From: a virus | Lineage: Duplodnaviria; Caudoviricetes | IMG/VR virus record: IMGVR_UViG_3300035014_000028 | Location: 1 to 50,807 of that record | Length of the DNA: 50,807 nt | Direction: 5' to 3' (one strand) | Shown: positions 44,417 to 50,807 of the stretch, piece after piece | Layout of the letters: each line of letters starts with the position of its first letter | Numbering within the stretch: position 1 is the stretch's first letter | Position numbers and translations under genes: made by a program | The notes under the pieces: model-generated | Told to the model about the DNA's origin: nothing | Databases searched by the model: none | Seen by the model: only the letters and a program-made list of their open reading frames with translations

Positions 44417-44650
44417 TCAGCCCTCGGCCCGGCGCAGGCGGCGGTCGTGCTCGACGGCTTCGTGCGTATCGAGCGAGCAGAAGATGCCGAGGCCGAGGAA
44501 GCCGGCGCCGACCGCGACGCAGGCCATGACGATGCTGGCGGCCAGGCTGTCCGACAGCGGGATGGCGATGCCGCAGCCGAGCGGCGCCAGGATGGTCAGC
44601 GCGCCGGCGGCGAGCTTGCCGACCGAGGTGGCATAGGAGACGAGCGACAT
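44417..44650 (-). CDS. Small two-TM membrane protein, 77 aa
   Basis: AAGGA RBS, TGATG overlap, two hydrophobic segments. Confidence 0.62.
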   Translation of the reverse strand: MSLVSYATSVGKLAAGALTILAPLGCGIAIPLSDSLAASIVMACVAVGAGFLGLGIFCSLDTHEAVEHDRRLRRAEG

Positions 44651-45048
44651 CAGGCGACGTCCTTCTGTTGACGATGCGGGCAGGTCTTGCAGGCATGGAA
44701 GAGCCGGGCGCGGGTCGAGTTCGTCGCCGCGAAGGGCGTGGTCTGCTCGGTGAGGCAGCGGTCGAGCGCGATTTCGCCCAGGATCGGGCAAATCACCGTC
44801 TCGCCCATCAGGGCGCCGCGGATGGCGGTGAAGACGCGGGCGACGTCGCCGCCATAGCGACGCGCCAGCACATGGCTGACGACGGCGTCGGAATAGCCGA
44901 TGCGCTGGGCGACGGCGCGGGCGGTGGAAGCCTTGCAGGCCTCGGCCAGCGCCGCGACTTCCTTCGGCATCGCCTCGCCCCAGGCGGCCAACGCCTTCGC
45001 GACGGGATCGGGCTTGGCGGCGCCGCCGGGGATCGGACCACGGTTCAT
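44650..45048 (-). CDS. HTH transcriptional regulator with C-terminal Cys cluster
   Basis: VAQRIGYS.AVVSHVL; CPILGEI...C...C..C. Confidence 0.82.
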   Translation of the reverse strand: MNRGPIPGGAAKPDPVAKALAAWGEAMPKEVAALAEACKASTARAVAQRIGYSDAVVSHVLARRYGGDVARVFTAIRGALMGETVICPILGEIALDRCLTEQTTPFAATNSTRARLFHACKTCPHRQQKDVA

Positions 45049-45653
45049 GCCGCCCATCCCTTCGGTTCGACGCCGTTAAGGTTAACCAGCTCGCGGGTGT
45101 TGCGATCGAACACGCTCTGTTCGCGATGCCGCGCGATCGGCGCGTAGGGCCCGGTGTTCATCCGGCGGAGCAACTGGTAGTGGCCCACCGTGCCAACACG
45201 GCCGACGAGGGCGACGTAGCCGGCGCGCCGCAGCCACCAGAGATAGTTCTGCACGACCGCGTCGCTGACCGGCGCCTCCTCGGTCGAAGCGGCGCAGGCC
45301 AGCTCGCGGATGGTGAAGCTCTGCAGCGCCCGCGCCGCCCGCCAGATCTGCTGGCGACGAATGGCCTGTCGATTGTGGAGCCGAGAGAGTGCCGGTGCCT
45401 GCCGCGTGACGGTCAGCAGGCGATAGGTCTTCTCGCAGCGGCCACCCCAATGACGGATGTCGGCCACTTCCGCATGCCCGTCGGCGACGAGAGCGAGCAC
45501 GTAGTTGGTGATCGCCGGACGGGTGACGCCGCCGGTCCAGCCGAAGACGTCGTTGACCGTGAAGAGGCCATGCCGATCCTGGGCGATCTTGCGGATTTGC
45601 GCCCAGTAATGGTCGCCGCCGCTCAGTGGGCCTGACTGACCCCGCTTCATCAC
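45045..45653 (-). CDS. Tandem winged-helix protein downstream of MuB
   Basis: Two W..R...FT...Y...L...G repeats; NTGP.AP and VFDRN. Confidence 0.78.
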   Translation of the reverse strand: MMKRGQSGPLSGGDHYWAQIRKIAQDRHGLFTVNDVFGWTGGVTRPAITNYVLALVADGHAEVADIRHWGGRCEKTYRLLTVTRQAPALSRLHNRQAIRRQQIWRAARALQSFTIRELACAASTEEAPVSDAVVQNYLWWLRRAGYVALVGRVGTVGHYQLLRRMNTGPYAPIARHREQSVFDRNTRELVNLNGVEPKGWAA

Positions 45654-46423
45654 GCGATCCTCCGCGAGGCGCGCGCCGGCGGGGTGCCCGTGTAAAAGTC
45701 CGGCATCACACCGCCGGCGGCCAGGGCCCTGAGCCCGCGTGTGGCCGCGAATTCGCGAGCACGGTAGAGGTTGGTGACGATGCGGCGGGCCCGGCCTTCG
45801 GAAGCCTTGCGCATCGCTTCTAGAGCGGCGTCGTCGATCGGCAGCGTGGGGCAGAACAGGCTGGCGAGCTTGCGCGTGTCCTCCAGGTCGCAGGGTTGGG
45901 CTGCGACCCAGTCGAGCACGCGGTTATGGACGCGCTCGATCTTCATCAGCTTCTGCGGCAGCTGCTCCTCGCCGATCAGCACGATCGGCAGCTGCGCACC
46001 CTCCTGGATCTCGCGCACCAGCTCGACCATGCCCTTGTCGACGAGCTTGTCAGCCTCGTCGATGAACAGCGGCGGATGGTTGGGCTCAGCAAGGCGGATG
46101 ATCACCTGCTCGGTCAGGTCCGCGACGGTGCCCTTTGGCTCGCGCACGCCGAGTTCCTTGAGGATGGCGCGCACCAGAGTCTTTTTGGTCCAGCTATCGC
46201 CGATTTCGATGCGCGGTCCGCCGGTCTTGTTCTGGGCGAATACCGCGGAATAGGTTTTGCCAAAGCCGGAGAAGCCGTGGACCACGCCGAAGCCGGGCAT
46301 GTGGGCGCCGCGATCGTTGAGACGCTGCACCAGGCCGACCATGGCGACGACGTTCTTCAGGAGCGCCAGAGAGGCCGGGCGCGTGAAGCCGTCGGTCTTG
46401 ATTTCGTTGGTCATTGCGTTCAT
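45650..46423 (-). CDS. MuB-like AAA+ transposition ATPase
   Basis: Walker A GFSGFGKT, Walker B LFIDEAD, LIGEE.LP, ERVHNRV, GRARRI. Confidence 0.93.
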   Translation of the reverse strand: MNAMTNEIKTDGFTRPASLALLKNVVAMVGLVQRLNDRGAHMPGFGVVHGFSGFGKTYSAVFAQNKTGGPRIEIGDSWTKKTLVRAILKELGVREPKGTVADLTEQVIIRLAEPNHPPLFIDEADKLVDKGMVELVREIQEGAQLPIVLIGEEQLPQKLMKIERVHNRVLDWVAAQPCDLEDTRKLASLFCPTLPIDDAALEAMRKASEGRARRIVTNLYRAREFAATRGLRALAAGGVMPDFYTGTPPARASRRIA

Positions 46424-46446
46424 CTGTTCCTCGTCAAGACTTCAAT

Positions 46447-46473
46447 GGCCCCGCTTCGGCGGGGCTCTTTTTT
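46447..46473 (+). terminator. Intrinsic terminator-like hairpin oriented antisense to the A-B operon
   Basis: GCCCCGC-TTCG-GCGGGGC followed by TCTTTTTT on the + strand only. Confidence 0.7.
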
Positions 46474-46480
46474 GGTCGGC

Positions 46481-48661
46481 TCAACGCAACGCCGCCTCGC
46501 CAAATTCCTCGTAGAGACCGTCCAGGCCGCGCTTCTCGACGCTGCCGGCGAAGCCGCCGTAGAAGGCGGCCTGCTCGGGCGTGACCGGCTCGCCGGCCTC
46601 CAGCTTCGCGTGCAGGTCGAGCCAGCGCCTGTAGCGCTGCTGCGGTGTTTCGTGATCGCGCAGCGGGCGGACATTCGAGGGCGCCACGACGGGCGCCGCC
46701 TCGGCCTCCAGCTCGGCCATGAGGCGGGCATCGGCGTCCGACAGCGGCCGCACGGCCGGCGCATCGCCCCGGCGCATCGCCGCGATCTCCAGCCCGACAT
46801 CGAGCGCCGGCGTGGTGTGGATTTCCGAGCGCGGCGGGAAGGCGACCAGGTTTCCGCTCTGAGCGTTTGCAGCGGCGAGGCGGCTGTTGAGCACGGTGCG
46901 GTCGGTGACCCGCTTGGCGCGCAGCAGCTTCTTGGCCTCGACCATCTGCTCGTCGACCATGCGCGCCTGCAGGGCCTTGCGCTCGGCCTGCAGGGCGACG
47001 GGGTCGATACCGGCCAGCTCGCCGTTGACAGCCCGCCCGAGCGGGCGATCGAGGCTTTCGTCCGCGAAGAGCCAGATCGTGCCCTTGTCGGCCGGATCGC
47101 ACATTACGAAGACGCGGTCGCCGGTCAGCAGGCCCATCGGCTGGTAATGGAAGCCGTCGAGGCGGATGCCGCTTTTGCCCACGGTCCGATAGCCGTCGCC
47201 CTCGGGCGCCTGCATCAGCAGCACCGCCAGGGCGTCCGGATCGACGGTTCGGATCGGCCGTGTCGAGGAGGCTGCGCGGGCGAAGGGCGTCATCTTGCCA
47301 ATGCCGCCATGGGCATGATGGGCATACATGTCGGCGGCCCAGACGTCGCAGATCGCCTGCAGCTCCTGTCCGGTCATTGTGACGTTGAAGGCGTCGTTGT
47401 CCTGGCCGAGACGCTGCGCGAAGGACTTCCGGCCCTCGATCTTCTTTCGCTGGGCGACGTTGTGGCCGACGAAGCCGGTCAGCATGCGCGAGCAGTCGGT
47501 CTGGAAGGTGCGAATGTTGCGCTCGACCACGCCCTTCTGCCAGGGCGAAAAGGCGTCCGAGCGGATCGCCTCGATCTGCAGGCGGTCGAACAGCCGGACC
47601 GTGGCCCGCGCGACGAAGTCCGAGCCGTTGTCGGTCTTGACCGCGTCGGGCACGCCCCAGGCGAGGATCGCCTTGCGCATCAGCATCTGCACGGCGATCG
47701 AGCGCGGCGTCTTCGAGACGAACAGGCTGATCCGGCGCGACCAGTAGTCGATGCAGACATAGATCGAGTGCCGGCCATCGACGCACATGGCGTCGACCGG
47801 CGAGGCGTCGATCTGCCAGAGCGCGTTGAGATGCGGCGCCATATGGGCATAGGAGCCCGAAACCTTCATCTTCGAGCGGAAGCCGTCCGGATCCATGATC
47901 TTGAGCAGACCGGCGGCGTAGTCGTGCTTCCATGCCTTGAAGCGGATCTCGAAGGCGCGCTGGCCGGGCAGCTCCAAGCCGGCGGCAGCGAGCCGCGGGC
48001 CGAACTCCTCCTTCAACGCTATGTGAATGTGGCTGGCGGTGTAGAGGTCATTGAGCGAGTGCAGCGCGATCGCGAAATGCTTGATCTCGCCGTCGAAGGC
48101 GCTGTCGAGCACGCCCTGGCCGCGTCGGCCGGCGCCTTTGTCCACCGCCAGGCGATCGGTCTGGCCCTCGCGGGAGGCGGCAAGCCAGCGCAGCACGGTG
48201 CGGGTCGACAGCCGCGGAAGCAGCTGGGCCGCCCAGGCCGGAATGTCGACCCGACCGAGATTGTAGAGGTCGACGAAATAGCTGATCGCCAACGTCTGCT
48301 TCATCTCACTGGTGCGGATAAAGGCCTTCAGCGCGCCGAGCACGGCGAGACGGGCGTCGAGCTGCAGGGTCGAGGCGCGGGTAGCGGTGACCGGCGGCTT
48401 GGGCGCGGCCTGGAGGGCTTCGGCCGGGGCGGAAACCTCCTGCTGCGAAGCCTGGGGACCAAGGTAGGCCAGGCGTGCCGCCACCGGCAGCAGGTTGACG
48501 TGATACTCCAGCCCGCCGCCGCGTCCGGCGCGCGGCCGGCACCAGGCGGCAAAGCGGGCCCAATCCTCGCGCTCGGCCATCATCCGAACCCCGCGGTCGG
48601 TGTTCGGCATGACGGGCAGCGCCAACTCGGCGAGTTCGGAGGAGGTCAGCCAGAGCTTCAC
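46481..48661 (-). CDS. MuA-like DDE transposase
   Basis: N-terminal Mu DNA-binding domain (WLTSSELA...GRGGGLEYH), WQIDAS, KTDNGSDF, KGVVERNIRT. Confidence 0.95.
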   Translation of the reverse strand: MKLWLTSSELAELALPVMPNTDRGVRMMAEREDWARFAAWCRPRAGRGGGLEYHVNLLPVAARLAYLGPQASQQEVSAPAEALQAAPKPPVTATRASTLQLDARLAVLGALKAFIRTSEMKQTLAISYFVDLYNLGRVDIPAWAAQLLPRLSTRTVLRWLAASREGQTDRLAVDKGAGRRGQGVLDSAFDGEIKHFAIALHSLNDLYTASHIHIALKEEFGPRLAAAGLELPGQRAFEIRFKAWKHDYAAGLLKIMDPDGFRSKMKVSGSYAHMAPHLNALWQIDASPVDAMCVDGRHSIYVCIDYWSRRISLFVSKTPRSIAVQMLMRKAILAWGVPDAVKTDNGSDFVARATVRLFDRLQIEAIRSDAFSPWQKGVVERNIRTFQTDCSRMLTGFVGHNVAQRKKIEGRKSFAQRLGQDNDAFNVTMTGQELQAICDVWAADMYAHHAHGGIGKMTPFARAASSTRPIRTVDPDALAVLLMQAPEGDGYRTVGKSGIRLDGFHYQPMGLLTGDRVFVMCDPADKGTIWLFADESLDRPLGRAVNGELAGIDPVALQAERKALQARMVDEQMVEAKKLLRAKRVTDRTVLNSRLAAANAQSGNLVAFPPRSEIHTTPALDVGLEIAAMRRGDAPAVRPLSDADARLMAELEAEAAPVVAPSNVRPLRDHETPQQRYRRWLDLHAKLEAGEPVTPEQAAFYGGFAGSVEKRGLDGLYEEFGEAALR

Positions 48662-48873
48662 CGGCCGCCTCGCGCGTCTTCGGCTGACGTGTCAGATGTC
48701 CAGCCGGCGGCCTCAAGTGCGTCAGCGACGGCCGCGCGCTGCTTGTAGAGTTCGAAGAGGGCCAAGCCCTCGGGCGTGTCGTAGCCATATTCTCCCGGCG
48801 CGCCGAAAGCGCCGTGAACGGCATCGACCGCCTGGCGAACCGAGACGAGCAGGAACATGTCAGCCGGGCTCAT
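48658..48873 (-). CDS. Hypothetical protein, 71 aa
   Basis: Coupled at both ends; FGAPGEYGY.T..G.AL..LY. Confidence 0.7.
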   Translation of the reverse strand: MSPADMFLLVSVRQAVDAVHGAFGAPGEYGYDTPEGLALFELYKQRAAVADALEAAGWTSDTSAEDARGGR

Positions 48874-49757
48874 GCCTCACCGCCCTTCTTGGCCTTGGCA
48901 GGCTTCGCGGGAGGCGTCAGGGCGGCGATGCGGCCGCCGACCATGCCGTAGAGGGCCTGCAGCTCCGCGAGCGACAGCCGGAAGACGATCGGCTCCAGCT
49001 TCATCAGCGGCGTCTCGACCGCGCGGACCGCGCCGCCCTCCGGCACGAAGCCGCCGATCACGCGAGCCTTCGCGACGTTGGTGGCGGCGTTGGCCGCGAT
49101 CAGCCCGGCGATGGTTACTTGGTCGGCCGCCGGCAGCGCCGCGAGCGCCTGCAGCTGCGCCTGGTTGTCGGCGAGCTTGGTGCCCCGGATGATTGCGACG
49201 GCTTCGGGCGAGAGAGCGGCGGCGAGCGCCACGGCGTTGCTGATCGTCTTGACCGAGACGCCCGTCTGCCGTGCCGCATCCTTTGCGAAGGAAGCAAAAG
49301 CGGCAATGTTTGCCACTTTTCCGGCTTCGCTGATTTTCTTCGGCTTTTTGGCCTTGCCATGAGCGGTTTCGGGGTTCAGCGCCTCGTAAACGCGTTTGCG
49401 CTCAGCGAGAAAGAAAGCCCGATCAAGCGGCGACAGCTCTTCGCGCGCCAGGTTCTCGTCGATTTCGATGAGGCGGGCCTCATCATCCGTGCACTCGACG
49501 AGGACGGCCGCGATCTGCTCGCGTTCCAGGATGGCCATAGCGGCGCAGCGGCGGCCTCCGGCGATCAACTTAAGACCATTGCCTGTCGGGTGAACGCGAA
49601 CGACGATGGGCTGTAGCTGGCCCAGCTCGCTGATCGAGGCGGCGGTGAGCTGCGCATTTGCGATCGTGACTGGCCTGAGCCTGTCGCTCACGTCGATCGT
49701 TGCAAGATCAGCCAAGAAAAGAGGCGAGCCAGCGGTTAGGGCAGCGAGGAGGTCCAT
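48870..49757 (-). CDS. ParB-like domain protein between ner and transposase
   Basis: DRLRP, GQLQPI, LIAGGRR, EIDENLAR.ELSPLDRA, HTH AARQTGVS. Confidence 0.88.
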   Translation of the reverse strand: MDLLAALTAGSPLFLADLATIDVSDRLRPVTIANAQLTAASISELGQLQPIVVRVHPTGNGLKLIAGGRRCAAMAILEREQIAAVLVECTDDEARLIEIDENLAREELSPLDRAFFLAERKRVYEALNPETAHGKAKKPKKISEAGKVANIAAFASFAKDAARQTGVSVKTISNAVALAAALSPEAVAIIRGTKLADNQAQLQALAALPAADQVTIAGLIAANAATNVAKARVIGGFVPEGGAVRAVETPLMKLEPIVFRLSLAELQALYGMVGGRIAALTPPAKPAKAKKGGEA

Positions 49758-50005
49758 CACGCGGCCCTCGATGCGCTGATCAGGCCAATGCGGTTGCCGC
49801 TGGGGTCGTAGAACTGGGGCCAGATGGTATGGCGCGGCACGCCCAGTGCCTCAGAAATGAGGCCTTGGACCTTTGGGGCCGGGCGTTCCATGCCGCCATA
49901 AACGGTAAAGCGGCTGAGGTTGTTTTGCCTCGCCAGCTCGGCGGCGGTGATACCCTTCTCGCGAAGCGCGAAAATGATCGCCTGTTTGGTCCAATTTCTC
50001 GCCAT
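49757..50005 (-). CDS. ner: Ner/Nlp-family transcriptional regulator
   Basis: W....I...LREKGIT..ELA, ISEALGV....IWP..Y; divergent from repressor. Confidence 0.88.
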   Translation of the reverse strand: MARNWTKQAIIFALREKGITAAELARQNNLSRFTVYGGMERPAPKVQGLISEALGVPRHTIWPQFYDPSGNRIGLISASRAA

Positions 50006-50067
50006 GGGTGTCCCATCTCGCAATGCCGGATTTGGCGTGTTAACCACACATCTGAACGGCACTTGTG

Positions 50068-50114
50068 ATCTTATCATCGAATATGAGAGGCGATGTCAAC
50101 TCATTTTCGAGGAT
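50068..50114. promoter_or_regulatory. Early promoter and repressor operators (genetic switch)
   Basis: TTGACA on the - strand (50099-50094) flanked by inverted 15-mers ATCATCGAATATGAG (50073-50087) and CTCATTTTCGAGGAT (50100-50114), 13/15 match. Confidence 0.6.
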
Positions 50115-50138
50115 TAGCGAGATGATGAGCGAAATTCG

Positions 50139-50807
50139 ATGATCGACCGTGCAGAATTGGCTGGCAGAATCGATGAAACGATCCGGAAAACCGGGGCGCG
50201 CGAGGCCATCGCGGCGCGCACAGGCATCCCTTTGGCCTCGTTGGACCGTTATTGCCGCGGAGAGTCTGACGTCCCGGCCACACGGCTAGGAGCGATTGCG
50301 CGCGCATGCGGCGTAACCACCGATTTCCTCGTTTTTGGGGGGTCGGACCCCTCGAAAATGACGATGTCGCAGCAGATCGTTGCTCTGGACGACGACATTG
50401 TGTGGATTCCGCTGCTCGACGTGATCGCTTCGGCCGGCCCTGGCGTTAGCAATCCTTACCCGTTCGAAATCGACCGCCTGCCGTTCCCACGCCGATGGCT
50501 CGTGCAGCTCGGCGTGCCTGAAGAGTTCGTCCAGTTCATTCCGATCCATGGCGACTCGATGGAGCCCACCGTACGGGACGGATCGGTCGCGCTGGTCGAC
50601 ACGCGCTTCCAGGCACCCAGGATCGAGGCGATCTATGTCATCGTGGACGACGACGATGTTCGGTTGAAGCGGATCGGCCGTGGCCTGGCCGGCAGCTTGA
50701 CCCTGATCAGCGACAATGAGCGCTATGAGACCGACATCCTGTCGTCGATCGATGCGGCAAAACTTAAGTTGGCAGGCAGGGCATTCTGGGCAGGAGGCAA
50801 GATATGA
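50139..50807 (+). CDS. Prophage repressor: XRE HTH plus S24 peptidase
   Basis: IAARTGIP..SL.RY..GESD HTH; ASAG cleavage motif, GDSMEP serine, LKRI lysine, SDN..Y. Confidence 0.92.
   Translation: MIDRAELAGRIDETIRKTGAREAIAARTGIPLASLDRYCRGESDVPATRLGAIARACGVTTDFLVFGGSDPSKMTMSQQIVALDDDIVWIPLLDVIASAGPGVSNPYPFEIDRLPFPRRWLVQLGVPEEFVQFIPIHGDSMEPTVRDGSVALVDTRFQAPRIEAIYVIVDDDDVRLKRIGRGLAGSLTLISDNERYETDILSSIDAAKLKLAGRAFWAGGKI

Larger units (their letters stand above)
10705..50807 (-). mobile_element. Mu-like transposable prophage (contractile tail), right end at 10705, left end beyond the window
   Basis: Repressor/ner/MuA/MuB early module, GemA, Mor/C-like activator, lysis, DUF3486-terminase-DUF935-F-G-I-T head module, sheath/tube/tape/N/baseplate genes; terminal TG with transposase-type repeats. 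Confidence 0.95.

Noticed and set aside
45896-48748. 950-aa + strand ORF
   Set aside because: Antisense shadow of MuA/MuB.
50036-50056. Full CtrA site in the ner-repressor gap
   Set aside because: Only one TTAACC half-site; the position 7 bp later is TCTG.

Overview
High-GC alphaproteobacterial (Hyphomicrobiales-like, inferred) DNA with two nested virus-derived elements. Bases 1-10704 are an RcGTA-type gene transfer agent head-tail cluster on the + strand: terminase, portal, protease, capsid, connector, adaptor, tail terminator, tube, chaperones, short tape measure, DUF2460 and DUF2163. It is split between head and tail genes by two tandem secreted trypsin-fold proteases on the - strand. At 10705 the GTA DUF2163 gene is cut by the right end (TG plus two 18-bp repeats with 22-bp period) of an apparently intact Mu-like transposable prophage with a contractile tail, read on the - strand to the end of the window. 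Its order from the right side of the window is repressor, ner, ParB-like, transposase A, B ATPase, accessory genes, late activator, lysis, head, tail, baseplate, fibre and a Dam-type methylase; its left end lies beyond 50807. Main leads: (1) a MuF head protein with a C-terminal nuclease-like extension and no immunity ORF, followed by a promoter-driven antisense ~70-nt tRNA-shaped RNA (candidate RNA antitoxin); (2) an Acb2-like anti-CBASS sponge gene within the head operon, behind a five-way-junction RNA leader; (3) an antisense HEPN-motif gene in the early region; (4) three identically spaced palindromic late promoters; (5) a four-hairpin antisense RNA upstream of the methylase; (6) a secreted His1/Cys-rich protein in a lysis cassette with no recognisable spanin. 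All family calls come from reading motifs and synteny by eye; no searches were run.
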